A DNA stretch of 64,000 bases from Cladosporium halotolerans (Eukaryota). The notes beneath the pieces were generated by a model that was not told the DNA's origin, searched no databases, and was given only the letters and a program-made list of their open reading frames with translations. Where the stretch lies: the NCBI RefSeq assembly GCF_011745625.1, contig NW_027191466.1, positions 310,001-374,000 on the forward strand. The letters run 5' to 3'. A program made the translations under genes and the position numbers. This document shows positions 13,429 through 25,884 of the stretch, piece after piece (within the stretch, counting starts at the first letter, position 1; every line of letters begins with the position of its first letter).

Positions 13429-16400
13429 CTAATACCTTCTTCCACCGCCGCGGCCACCTCCATAGCCACCGCCTCCGTAGCCATTGCCGCCATATCCGCC
13501 TCCGCCCTGATATCCTCCACCTGAGTACCCTCCGCCAGAGTACCCTCCATAGCCTCCGCGGCCATAGCCGCCGCCCCCGTACCCGCCCTGGCCGTATCCT
13601 CCGCGCTGATCAGGCCTGGGCCTCGAATCGTACCCGCCACCACGACCGCCACGGTCGTACCCACCGTACCCGCCTCTTGGTGGGCCTTGTGCGGGGAAGC
13701 CAGGAGGGGGACCATTCTGGATACCGTGAGCAGCAGCCTGCGCGGCGAGGCCAGGGGGCAGGCTGGAGAAGTTGCTTTGGTGTGCTGAGGGAGCGCCATA
13801 GCCGTAGCCACCGTTTGCTCCATAGCCGTTGTGGGCGTTGTAGCCGCCGGCGTTCTGTGGTGGCCCATTGTCGCGGGCAGCGTAGTTGATTCTCTGACCG
13901 TCCGAGCGACCGCCGTTCTGCGTGAGTGCCACGCCACCGTGGCTCCGGCCAGTCTTATTGGCGCGGTTGCGAGTGGCCTGCACGTCGTCGTAGTCGAGAG
14001 CGCTGGGGTTGAAGACAATTCCAGGGAGCAACATGCTCTTGTGTACGCCTCTTAACTCGGGCATGTGGTAGTGAACAGTCACGCTCTCGTCCTGCTCGAG
14101 CCGCGTGAACTTCTCCTGAGTAGTCGGGAGGGGGAACTCAAGGCTGCTATTCGGAGTGTACGCCTCAGACTTGGCTGCTTTGCCTGAGAGGCCTTCCGAG
14201 ATCTTGCTGTCGATTTTGAACTTAGGTGCTCCTGCTTTCTTAGAGTAGAAGTTCTGAGCCACTTCGTTGTACAGCGGATGACGGGTGCTGAAGATCAGAG
14301 CTTCGTTGCCGAACTCGTTGCGCCGCACCTCGTCTTCGGTCAAGAGCGGGTACTTGGTGCCCATAGCCTCAAGCAGGCGCTTTTCATCGATGAAGGGCAG
14401 CAGGGCCACGCCCTGCCAGCTGAACTTCTTGCCGTTAAGGTCGATCTCGAAATCTTCGGGGTAGAACTCGATGATGGGACTGTCGTCGTCCGTCATCAAG
14501 GGGTGGAAGACCTTGGGAATGGTGTGGTTAGAGCGTGCAGGCATAACACCCATCAGCTGCTCGTACGGCCTGAAAGGCTTGCCCTTCTCGAAGTCGATCT
14601 TAAGGTTGCCGATGTCCTTGAAATCAGCACCAAAGGGTGCGTAGTGGTAAGGGTAGTACCAGGTCCAACTGGGGCAACCCTGGAAGTAGTAAAGCAACAC
14701 CCAGCACAGACCCTCGACGTAAGCGTTGGCGACCTTATTCCTGAATGAGATGTCGTCTGGGGAAGCGTGGAACTTCTGCTCGTAATAACGACCCTCGTAA
14801 CCATCTTCCCAGAGCTTGACAGTGTCTTCAGGCGTGGCATCAACATCTTCAGAGTTTCCGCCGAGAGCACCAGAAGTTCCCTTGTTCATTGGGTCCGCAA
14901 ACTCCTTGTCCGGCGTGCTACGGCCGGGTGTCGTTGGTGCGGTGCTCAACTCGTCCTTGGCCTCATCAGCGATATCCCGCACTCGCTTACCGAGCACCTG
15001 GGAGCCGCCGGATGTGCCGTTTTGGGAAAACAGAGCGTCGACTTCGGCTTTCTGGTTATCAGCCGGCTTCTTGCTGTTCGCCAGCTTCTCTTTCATTGCA
15101 GCAGCAGCAGACTTGTTGTCGATGTTGGCCTGACCGACGACGTCGGCGTGTGTGAGGCGATTGGCATAACGTGGGTCGTTCATCGTTTGAGCGGCGCCGG
15201 GAGCGAACGTCGGCAGAGCGTTGATATCTGGCGCTTGCTCACCACGCTTGATTCCACCACGAGGACCTCGAGTGATCACGGTCTCGTCGTACCCAGAGGG
15301 CCCAAAGTCACCTCCGTTCCCAGAGAAGCGCTGGCGTTTGTTAGCATCCCGACGCTCCTTGGCAATAGCACGGCGTTTCTGTGCTTCTTCTCTCTGGACT
15401 TCATTCTGTCTTCGGCGTTTGAAAATACCGTCTTCCTGTTTCGCGAGTCCATCCAAAATAATCTGTGCGCGTGGCAAATCCACGTGCCCATCTTTCGTGA
15501 CGTAGCCACCCATGATGGGTAAGTTGTCACGCCAGATTGCGATAAGCGTATCAATGCCGTTCTCGCGAATATCCAAGGAGGGCAAGTGAGGCAAGAAATC
15601 GTTGCCGACGAAGAAACACATGAAGACCCAGTCATCGAGTGCGCGCTCAAGATCAAATGCGAAGCCAGTATTAGGTACACTCAGCTCGATCGCAAGATAT
15701 TCGCGAAGAACGCTGACGTGAAGCCAAATAAAGGGCTTGAGCGGCTTCTTCGCAGTCTCATCCGGCTTAGGCGCTGTTCCTCGGCAGCTGTCTGCCATGT
15801 GTCCAGGCTGGCCGCACTTCCTGCAGTGGCCTGGCTTTGTGTCGTTTGCGAATACATCTTCTCTTAGAATGCGGAAATGCGGTTCGTGTGTCGCAATGCC
15901 CAGCATGATAAGGTCGGCATCGAGACCGTACATGACATGTCTAGAAAGGTCAGCCATAGTAAAGGTTTGACTTGATCAAGCGCAGCAAAAAGAAGCTACA
16001 GAAATCAAAAGGAATGAGTTAAGCTTACCTTGTGTTCGGATCGTGCGTAGGCGAGCTGCGCTGCGATCGTACGAAGTTCATGATCTTGTGCTCACCCTCA
16101 CCTGGAACGGTTGCATCGGAGATGATGACCTTGAGCTTTTCCCAAGCAGGGTCGGTGTTCAGCTTGTATTGCACCCAGTAACGCAGACTGGCTGCGAGGA
16201 TGTCCATGAAGGGTGTGCCAGGAGTAATCGCGTTGGAGTCCCACGTCTTTTTGGGCTTCTCCTCGCCCTCGCCCTCCACAGCCTGACCTTTAGCCTTCAT
16301 CATGGCATGGTATTCGGCGACAGCCTGATCCTTCTCCGCGGCTTCCTGCGCAGAACGGAAACGGCGCGATCGCTGCTGGTTCATCTTCGCACGAGGAGCG

Positions 16401-16729
16401 ACACCGTCAACGGCGATCATGAGCAGCTTGCGGGGACGGACCATGTTGACCACGCGCTCAGTGTACTCGAAGACAGCGATCATCATCTCCTCCTCGTTGG
16501 CCGGTGGCGGCCTGTCCTCGGGGTGAGAACATGGGTGGACGATACCGTTCATATCCAAATATAGGTTGTCCATCTCTTCGCCATTAGGGTTGGCTTTGCG
16601 CGCATCGATGGGGATTGCGCTTTGTGTGCCATCGCCGTTGTCGACCTCGACAGGTAGCTCCTCGATCACCGGCGAGATAATCTTGGGGTATTTCTGGCTG
16701 AGCCAGCGGAACAAGGCTGGGACACCCAT
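13429..16729 (-). CDS. RAT1: Nuclear 5'-3' exoribonuclease 2 (Rat1/Dhp1/XRN2); exons 16729-16029, 15940-13429
   Basis: [70 protein letters not shown], zinc knuckle [21 protein letters not shown]. Intron 16028-15941 GTAAGC...GCTGAC...TAG. Confidence 0.96.
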
Positions 16730-17215
16730 GGTCGCTCAAGGTTTGCGATTCGAGTGTGGTATGCCGAATATTGCGCGACGGCCTGTTGATGTGTGCTGGG
16801 AGCCTTATGCGAATGCAGAAGTAACGATTGTCGAATAAAGGAACCTAGGTAGTAAGTGGGGACTGCGCAAGCTCGTGCGAGCGCGAAGAAAGAGATGGGT
16901 AGCTGCGAATGTTGCGACGCAGCGTGTGCCTGGCGGAAGGATATTGACAAGCCGCCGGCGGGAAGAAAAGTGTCGATGGTGGGAAAGCTCGAAGTCTCAT
17001 CGTCAGTCGCGAAGATGCTGCTGATGCACCACTGGGACGCATTTGGCGCGCCGGGAGAGGCTCGGGTCGCGCGTCAAATCCGGGGTAACGCGACCGAAAG
17101 GAGCTACGCATGTGGAATATGCCTGAGGTACAACTTACAACTTCCTGAGCGCGACAGTGTGAGATGGAATAATTAGGTCGCGTACCTGCTGCTTTGCGGC
17201 GACAACAAATACAAG

Positions 17216-20200
17216 ATGCTCAAGACCCCGCCGCTTCAATCGGCTACTGCTACCATCGAGACATTATGTGGGAGGCTTTCCTCAGCAACCCTCCTCGAGG
17301 ATCGTCGCGCGGCCATCCTAGGTCTGCGTAGTTTCGCGAAACAATACCCTGCTTCAGTCGCTAGCGGTTCGCTTCGAGAACTCATCACCATCCTCCGCCG
17401 TGATGGATTAGGTGAGGCACTACGCAGCAAGGACAAAGATGAAGACGAGAATGGCGCAGAGGAGGGCGGTGATGTGGACACAATCAGGCTGGTCATGGAA
17501 ACGCTACTCATGCTGTTCAACCCGGACAGCAATAGCCCCGAAGCTGGCGACGAGATAGCGTTCTTCTTGGCCGACGAGTTTTCAATGGTATGTACTTGGC
17601 CACTCATAATCATTCAATGGGACATGTTAGAGCTAAGCTAATGCCAGCGCCAAGACAACATATCCCTACTCCTGAACCTCCTCGATCCCACCTCTCCGTA
17701 TGCCGACTACTATTCGCGACTTTATAGCGTACAGATTTTGACCGCCATTTGCGCCGCACGACCCGAGCGATTACAAGAATGCGTGCTCAACGTGCCTCTG
17801 GGCACAAGCCGCGTCGTTGGAGTACTGGACGATGCCAGGGACGCTGTAAGAAATGCAGGACTACTCCTGCTGGTAGACTTGACGGGCGGCGCGAATGAGG
17901 ACCTCCGCAAGATTGTCGCTTTCGAGGATGTATTTGGCAAGGTCTTCGCGCTCATCCGCATGGAGGGTGGGTTGGCGGACGCAGGCATAGCTGGACAGGA
18001 TTGTCTTAGCTTGCTGGCGAACCTCATACGAGGATCGGCGAGCAACCAAAGTATGGGCTGCCTGAAACTGCATCGAAGAAGAGACATACTAACAATTTCG
18101 CAGCTATGTTCCGCGAGTCCGGATGCGTAGGCCACTTTGCTCATCTGATGCGCGAGATCTTCCCTCCAGAAGTCTCCGAAGCACCATTCATCGCTGAAAG
18201 CAGAGAAAAGGCAGGCTGGGGAGTACTCCAACTTCTACGCTTATTCCTCGCTCGTGGTGAGAGCAGCACGATTCAGAACCAAGCCGCCTTCTTCAAAGCT
18301 GGCACGGCACAGTCCTTACTTGACATGAGCTTCCACCCCGGATTGCCTATACCTGTCAGAATAGCCGCTTTGAAAGCCACGGCGGATCTGATTTCGAACA
18401 ACGCCCCCATCCAGGAACAATTCGCAGCACTCCAGATTATCCTTCCCTCGGACAGCGATACCGCATCATCCGTCGGCTCACAGACCAACGGCTCGCGATC
18501 GAACACTGCATCGGCGCGAAACAGCGCGAGGCCGAGCGTGGAGAAGAAGCGTACCTATGTCATCGAAGCCCTCCTAGACTCGACCCTGGACCAACCCCGG
18601 GTCGAAGCATCACTCCGTGCCGCAGCTTGCGCTCTTATCCAAGCGTATCTGGCCAAGCATGATCGTATCAGACATCATTTTCTACAACGCGCAATCGGCG
18701 GCTATGAGCAAGGCGAAGATGCTGCGAATGTGGTAACCGCTCTTCTCCAACCTGGCACGGACGCTCTGGGCGTGCTTTTCGCTAGTTGGATAGTCCAAGA
18801 CCTCATCACTGACGAGCACGAAGCCAAGAAGGCGTTGGCGGCGGTAAAAGAGGGCAACGAGAGCGAAGGCGAGGAGGTGCTCACCGCCGTGCAAGCCCTG
18901 GGCAGCCAACTCGAGAATGCAATGCAGACCGGGGCTGATGAGAGAGTGATTGTGTCTTACGCCAGCACTCTGACAATCTTCTTGTGGGAGTTTGCCGACG
19001 GCGTCAACGATCTCCTCGCGGAAGGCTCAGGCCTCGTACAAGCATTGGTGGCCAGCGTCTCTTCGCTCGCGAGCCCCCCTGTAATCGCTGGGCTATCCGC
19101 CTCACTGCTGGGCACAGTCTATGAGTTTAGCACGAAAGACTCACCGATATCTCGTCGCACGCTCGCGCCTTTGCTCACACAAAAGATGGGCAGGGGCAAG
19201 TACCTCGATGCTCTCTTGGCGCTGCGGAGAGACCCTTCCATCCGGGACTTTGGCGTTGACGAGCCTGATGGCGAGTCTGTCTTCGTCAACGAGACTTTCG
19301 TCGATCTGTTTCAGACTGAATATCCTCGCCTGCGAAAAGCGATCGACAAAGACCCTGGCGTCGAAGTCTTGCCCTTCGGCGACGTTGACGCTGGCGTCGA
19401 TCGCGATGTTCTGGACGACCTGCGACAACAGGTGCAGACTGCCAAAGACGCACTGTCGCAAAGCCAACAGGATGCGCAGCAGTCCAGCCAGCAAGCCGAG
19501 CACGACAAGCTATCGTTACAGAAGGAGTACCAGACCGCGAGCGCGGAGCTGGAGCGCTTACGAAAGATCAACGAGGCCATGCAGAAGGGCCACGAAGAGG
19601 AGACCACAAAGCTGCAATCCCAACGCCAACGCGAGAAAGAGAGCCTGAACGTCGAACACTCCCGCGCCATCGCCTCCGCCCGCCAAGAAGCCGATCGCCA
19701 GGCCCGCCAGGCCCGCGACCAGCAAGAGCAGTCCTTCGCCAGCCGCGCCAAAGACTACGAGCGCAAGCTCGCCGAGCTGACCAACGCGCACAAGGCCGAG
19801 CAAACCGGCCACAGCAGCGCCAAGCAACAGGCCGATGCCATGCGCCAGCAGCTCGACAGCATGCGCCAGCAGAACTCCGACCTGACGCTGCGCGAGCAAG
19901 GTGCCGCCCGCAAACTGCAGGACCTCTCGAAGACGCACCAGGGCCTCGAGCGCGCGCACCAGCAAGCGCAGGACCGCCTCGGCCAGGCCGAGAGTGGCCT
20001 CGACCAAGCGCGCAAGCAGCTCGCTGACCGCGATGCAGAAATCGCTGCGCTGCAAAGCCAGCTCGCAGAGCTCAGAGAGGACATCAAGGGCAAAGAGCAG
20101 GAGCTCGCCAGCGAGCGTGAGGGTTTCGCGGGGCTGGAGAAAGAGCTCGAGGCTGCCAAGGCGGCGGCTGAGGCTAAGGCCGCTGGCGACAGCGAGGCTG

Positions 20201-21009
20201 CTGCGAAGGCGGAGAAGCTCGAGGCGCTGTCGAAGAACCTCACGGGCAAGGTCAAGGAGCTGCAGGACGAGGTCAAGGCTGCGAAGGAGGCGAAGGCGCT
20301 CGCGGAGAAGAACCTTGCTGAGAACGAGGAGAGCTCTCGCGAGGCGCTTGAGAAGGCGAAGCTGGCGAAGGAGGCTGCGGAGAAGAATGTGAGGGAGGCT
20401 GAGAAGAAGGCTAAGGAGGCGTCTGGGAAGAGTCTCAAGGATGCTGAAAAGAAGGTGCAGGATGCGGAGAAGAAAGCTAAGGAGGCTTCGGAGAAGAGCC
20501 TCAAGGAGGCCGAGAAGAAGGTTCAGGATGCGGAGAAGAAGGCTAAGGATGCGCAGGAGAAGGCGAAGAAAGCGAGCGAGGACAACAGCGGCAACAGCAA
20601 GAAGAAGGGCAACCAGCAAGCTTCGAAGAAGGAAGCCGACGAGGCTGCTAAGAGCGCTGAGGCCGCGAAGAAGGAGCTTGAGGCTAGTCAGAAGGAAGTT
20701 GAGTCTGCGAAGGCGGAGCTCGAGGATAGCAAGAAGGAGGTCGAGTCCGCGAAGAAAGAGCTCGAGAATGCCAAGGGAGAGGCCGAGGCTGCGAAGAAGG
20801 AGGTTGAAGCTGCCAACAAGGCTGCGGAGACGGCGAAGGCCGCCGAGAAGGAGGCAAGGGAGGAGCTGGAGAACATGGTGCTCGTGATCGAGGACATTGA
20901 GAAGAAGCGCGACGAGTACAAGGAGAAGGTGAAGGAGCTTGGTGGCGAGGTCAGCGAGGACGAAGACGACGATGAGGACGATGACGAGGACGAGGATGAC
21001 GACGAGTAG
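17216..21009 (+). CDS. USO1: ER-Golgi tethering factor Uso1/p115; exons 17216-17587, 17648-18050, 18104-21009
   Basis: N-terminal armadillo head (TIETLCGRLSSATLLEDRRAAILGLRSFAK, VAFEDVF), long coiled coil, acidic C-terminus. Introns 17588-17647 and 18051-18103 have GTATGN donors, CTAAY branch sites and CAG acceptors and keep the frame. Confidence 0.92.
20398..20811 (+). repeat. Coding tandem repeats in the Uso1 coiled coil (66-nt and 42-nt units)
   Basis: AEKKAKEASxKSLKxAEKKVQD occurs about 2.4 times (starts 20398, 20464). AKxELExxxxEvEs occurs about 3.5 times from 20665. Confidence 0.7.
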
Positions 21010-21714
21010 AGCGATTCACCCAAAACAGGTAGCGGTCACCTTGTGTACATCTCATCTTTCAGAAATCCAGAACATGTGGTTGCCACCACCCCGCGCACTT
21101 GCGGATGTGCCGAACATAATAGCTGTGTGATGTTGCACAAAAATGTAAGGCGTCCTGCAGGACCAGCAAGCCCTCGTGGCGCGCAGCCAATGACAGCACG
21201 TGCTTTTACATCCTGCCGGAGTTACCGACGAGCTACTTTCATCTTTCCTGTCCCGCTAAACGAGGGGCGCCAGTTAGATGAGAAGTGGCTGGCCCGGATC
21301 GCCACGCAGGCAGCAAGATAAATGCACACATATGTACACTGCTGTCACTTGGCAGCGGTGGCGCGAACTGCCCTTTTGGTGAAGTGGACCGCATCTTCCG
21401 GCAACGGCTACTGCGGCTTCCTATCAGAGCTGGCGTTCCCGTCTTCGAGTCGTCGCAGTGAACAGACCAAACGTTAGCGCAGCCAGTCAGAGAGCCCGCG
21501 TTGGAAGAGACGATCGCGAACGTCATATTTTAGTCTGCAGACGCCGTCGGCCCTTCCGGTGGCACTCCCCAGCTGCCGTCGTTCTTTTCAATTCATTATA
21601 ACATCGGCGCGACGGCCGGCAAGCGAAGGTTTGCGTCCTCTGGCCAGCTGAAACACTGCGATCAATTGCGAACCGGCTCTCGCGCAGATCATCCTCGGCT
21701 CGAATTCGACCATC

Positions 21715-23336
21715 ATGGGGTTCGCTGACCGTTTCCCGCACCTTGCGAAGGCCTCGGTTTTCCTGGCCGCCATTCTCATCCTCTACACACTCGCGCAGAA
21801 ATTGGTGCAATTTCGCTCTCGCGCGGCTCTCAAGCAGGCAACCGGCGCACAATCAGCTCGTCACTACCCGCAATGGGATCGCGTCTATGGCTTCGACATG
21901 TTCCGCGACGCCATGACGGCGTTCCGTGAGCACCGCATGCTGAGGCGTAGCACGGAGCGTTTCCAGATTTCTGGTCTGTCTACCTACGAGATTGTAGTCC
22001 TCGGACGGTCCATGGTCATGACGCAGGAGCCGCAGAATCTGAAGGTCATTCAGGCGCTCGAGCACAAGAAATGGGGCTTGGGCGAGAGGAGGAAGACCAG
22101 TTTCAAGCCGCTTCTGGGTGATGGTATGTCTAGGTTTTTGCCGCGATACGTCACATGCTTGGTACTGAGATTTCCTGCCCAGGTATTTTCACAAATGATG
22201 GCGCTGACTGGGCTCACTCGCGCGAGATGCTGCGTCCCAACTTCGTGAGGAGCCAGGTCGGCGATGTGAAGACCTTCGAAAGACACGTCGCGCATCTGCT
22301 CTCGAAGCTCCCTAAGGATGGCAGCACGGTCAATCTCGCCGACTACTTCTTCCGCCTGACCATGGACTCTGCAACCGAATTCCTCTTTGGCGAGAGCACG
22401 GATTCCCTCACCCGCGACAGCGAAGAAGGCTTCGCGGCAGCCTTCAACCGCAGTCAGGAATTCATTGCCATGCGCGCTCGTTTCGGATTCTGGGTCAGAT
22501 GGTTCCCGTTCCTCTTCGGCGAGTCCGACTCGACCAAGGACCAGGAATTCGTGCACAAGTTTGTCGACTACTACGTCGAAAAGGGCTGCGCCAAGCGCGA
22601 TCAGATGCGCGGCCAGAAGCAGAGCGAAGAGAAGTCCGACCGCTATATTTTCATCGACGAGCTCGTCAGCCAGACCAACGACCGCACTCGCATCCGCAGC
22701 GAACTGCTCAACATCCTTCTCGCCGGCCGTGACACGACCGCCTCTCTCCTGACCAACGTATGGTGGACCCTTTCCAAGCGCCCCGACCTCTGGGCCAAGA
22801 TCCAAGCCGAAGTCGCCACCCTCGACGGAGCCCACCCGACCTTCGAGCAACTCAAGGAGCTCAAGTTCGTCCGCGCCCTCCTCAACGAGTCCCTCCGCCT
22901 CTACCCAGTCGTGCCTCAGAACTCCCGCCAAGCGCAAGAAGACACCACGCTCCCCGTCGGCGGCGGCCCCGACGGCACATCGCCCCTCTTCGTCCCCAAA
23001 GGCCAAGTCGTCGGCTGGACCGTGTACGGCATGCACCGCCGGCAGGACTTCTACGGCGCCGACGCCGAAGAGTTCCGCCCGGAGCGCTGGCTCGACGACC
23101 CCGCGACGGGCAAGAAGGGTCTGCGCCCCGGCTGGGAGTACCTCCCGTTCAACGGCGGCGCGCGCATCTGTCTAGGCCAGCAGTTCGCGCTGACGGAGGC
23201 TAGCTATACGACTGTGAGGCTTTGTCAGGCTTTCTCGGGTATTGAGAGCAGGGACCCGGTGGACGTGTGGCAGGAGAGCATTGCGCTGACGTGTGTGAAT
23301 TTGGAGGGGGCGAAGGTTGGGCTTACAGCGAGGTGA
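21715..23336 (+). CDS. Cytochrome P450, CYP52-like (alkane/fatty-acid hydroxylase clan); exons 21715-22123, 22183-23336
   Basis: N-terminal membrane anchor, PLLGDG|IFTNDG..WAHSREMLRP, I-helix LLAGRDTTA, ESLR (ExxR), PERW, heme motif FNGGARICLG. Intron 22124-22182 GTATGT...ACTGAG...CAG. Confidence 0.93.
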
Positions 23337-23672
23337 TTGGAACGATGGGATCTCTGCGGTGAGGAGGGCATGGGGTGTTTCTTGTACAAAAGGTGATAGC
23401 CGAATGGAAACAGGAGTTGATTGAGAGCTATGACGTCCCCACCACGATAAGTGTGCCATGTGGTGCGGCCTTCCGGAACCGCCACAGTGGTAGTTGGCAG
23501 GTAATTGGGAAGATGGATCCGCTCTGTGGTGGGAAGGGTATGGCTTGTTCCTTGTACAGATGGAAAAAGCCCAAGGGAAATAGAAGCTGATTGAGAGCTA
23601 TGACGCTCCCGCCATGATAGCATCCCATGTGGTGCGACCACCCTGACCCGCCATACTGGTATTAAAGACAGG
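23337..23672. repeat. Diverged ~170-bp direct tandem duplication immediately downstream of the P450 stop
   Basis: Exact shared blocks: CTTGTACA (23381/23551), TGATTGAGAGCTATGACG (23418/23588), CCATGTGGTGCG (23456/23625), all about 170 nt apart. Confidence 0.8.
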
Positions 23673-24253
23673 GTACTGAGAATAGCGTCGCGCATTGTTG
23701 AGCCAATAAAAAGTCTCAAATTCGTTGTTCGGTATCATGTCCAGGGTCTGGTTGATCGCAGCACCGGCAAGGTGGAGGAAACACTTGCAGAAGCAGGCTC
23801 TTCAGAAGCATACAGGACGTCATTGGAATCACCTATGTAAGTCGTATCTTTGGCATCACAGCAGCATGCGAAAGAGAGGTCGGCCACGCGAGCGTTTACA
23901 AGCATCTAAGACTTGGCGATCGTAGCAGCTCGGTACGCGACAGCCGGTAGCAGCACCCTGGAGAGTGCGCACGGACAGGGTTCGCGGCGCTCAAGGCCCG
24001 TGCCGGCCGGGCTGCGCTAGTCTTTCTCAGCTTCGAGGTGCTCGTACCTTCCTCACCATGAACACTCGAGGGCGCTCCTTCCATTGAGAGACGCCTTGTT
24101 GCCTGCGCAATCACCCACAATCACGAGCGCGCACAATCACAAGACCCCGCGCGCGCCAAGCCCGCGCACATAAGAAGCCCGCTTCGCGCTGAAAAATTTC
24201 TTTCCTCGGACACGACATCACGACATCGCAGAGCACCACCACCTCCCGCGACC

Positions 24254-25873
24254 ATGTCGTCCCGCCCTGCAACCCGCTCCCAGAGAGCGGCCCTCGCCTC
24301 GCCCCTCGGGGCCACCACGCGCAAGCGCAGCGCTTCGCGCGACCTCTCGCCGCCGCCGCCGCCCACCGCCGCCGAAGCCACCGCTCTCCCTGCCGCCGCC
24401 GCAGCTCCCCCTCCTGCCGCCGTCGCCGCCGTCGCCGCCAGCACCAACACCACCGCCGAGGGCCTGCCTCCCTCCTCGTTCGCCCTCGCGCCTGGGTTGC
24501 CCAAGCGCCAATACTGCGGGTCTGTCGCAGAGAGCGACGAGGAGGAGGAGGTCGCCCAGCCACCGAAAAAACGCAGCAAGTTGAAAGACTCGCTGTTCCA
24601 CGAGAACGCGGCCAGATTCGCCGCCGCACGCAAGGCGGCCGAAGAGGTCACCAAACCGGGGCCGGGCACGTACCCGTCGCCCTCCCAGCAGCCGCCCACG
24701 CCGCGGCCCCGGGGCTTCTTCGGCCGCCTGATGGCCACCATCTCGCCGTTCAGGCGACCGACAACCTCTCTGTCGAGCGACGCGCGCCTTACTGACGCGC
24801 GCATCGACCTCATCCAGCTGCAGAGGCACGCCGAGCTGCAGCACCAGCTGAACCACGAGATCGGCCAGGCCATCAAGAATGGCGACAACACGACGGAGCA
24901 GAAGGAGGAGACCGGCAGCAAGCGCAAGCGCTCTGCCAGCGACATCACGGGACTGCCGGCACTGACCAGCATACAAGAGTCCCCAGAATCAAGCGCGGCG
25001 CATAGTAAGACGCCGGCGCAGAGAACACCAGCGAGACCGGCGACCATTACTAGGCCCGGCTCAGCGACACCGACTGCGTCCAAAGCTCGCAGGATGATCA
25101 AAGATGCGCGCGCCGCTAGAGCGCAGCGCCAAGCAGAAGAAGAAGCCGCCAGAGTGCGCCGCCAGGCCGAAGCAGCCGCCGCCGCCAAACGTGCCGGCGC
25201 CATGTCGATGAAGGACGCGCCCCCTCACATGCGCCCAGCCTGGGCCCGCTCCGCCGCTCCGCCGCGGCCGCGAAACAAGAACGCCGACAAGCGACTCGAG
25301 CGTCTGAGAGAGATCGAGCTCCTCAGACGGCAGAAGGAGGCCTTGGAGGCGCAGATCGCCAAGCTCCAGGCCGAGGAGGACGCTGAGGCCGCCCGCGAGC
25401 CGCGCAAGACCAAGAGGGTCAAGCTTGACCATTTGAAGGTCATTCCACACAACCGTCTGGGAGAGTCCGAGGGTTGTTTCAGAGTTCCGGAGGGAGATTC
25501 CGAGGACGAAATGGAGGTCGACGAGAGCGCAGAGCTCACCGACAACCTCGACGACGGCACCACGACCAGCCCCGTCCCGCTTCCTGCAGCCACTCCCCTC
25601 GCTGCCGCCGCCCCACTCGCTGCTGCCGCCGCCCCTCTGGCTGCCACCGCCCCCTTCGCTGCCGCTGCGCCGCTCGCCGCCGCCGCCGCCCCGCCGACCC
25701 CCGAACCAGCCACGACCTCAGCTGGCGGTTCAGAAATTGATTTCGAAGACTGGCCCGAGCTGCCACCGACGCAGGACTCGGAGCAATTCGCCAGGAGAGA
25801 CTCCGCCGTCGACATCTTCACAAAGACGTTCGACCACTGGCAGGAGTCCGGAGAGGTCCTGATGGACATGTGA
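24254..25873 (+). CDS. Hypothetical low-complexity protein (539 aa; Ala/Pro/Arg-rich, coiled coil, NLS-like basic patches)
   Basis: Long intronless ORF with good ATG context (ACCATGT) and codon bias like its neighbours. Contains PPKKRSK, KRKRS, a coiled coil (KRLERLREIELLRRQKEALEAQIAKLQAEE) and KRVKLDHLKVIPHN...FRVPEGDSEDEMEVD. No recognisable enzymatic domain. Confidence 0.65.
   Translation: MSSRPATRSQRAALASPLGATTRKRSASRDLSPPPPPTAAEATALPAAAAAPPPAAVAAVAASTNTTAEGLPPSSFALAPGLPKRQYCGSVAESDEEEEVAQPPKKRSKLKDSLFHENAARFAAARKAAEEVTKPGPGTYPSPSQQPPTPRPRGFFGRLMATISPFRRPTTSLSSDARLTDARIDLIQLQRHAELQHQLNHEIGQAIKNGDNTTEQKEETGSKRKRSASDITGLPALTSIQESPESSAAHSKTPAQRTPARPATITRPGSATPTASKARRMIKDARAARAQRQAEEEAARVRRQAEAAAAAKRAGAMSMKDAPPHMRPAWARSAAPPRPRNKNADKRLERLREIELLRRQKEALEAQIAKLQAEEDAEAAREPRKTKRVKLDHLKVIPHNRLGESEGCFRVPEGDSEDEMEVDESAELTDNLDDGTTTSPVPLPAATPLAAAAPLAAAAAPLAATAPFAAAAPLAAAAAPPTPEPATTSAGGSEIDFEDWPELPPTQDSEQFARRDSAVDIFTKTFDHWQESGEVLMDM
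25586..25693 (+). repeat. Coding minisatellite (18-21-nt unit, AAAAPL-like peptide, about 6 copies)
   Basis: Translation AATPL-AAAAPL-AAAAAPL-AATAPF-AAAAPL-AAAAAP inside the 539-aa ORF. Confidence 0.7.
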
Positions 25874-25884
25874 GCGCAGTCGTC

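Noticed and set aside
24190..24199. RRPE-like motif TGAAAAATTT upstream of the 539-aa ORF
   Set aside because: Single short occurrence with no evidence linking the gene to ribosome biogenesis.
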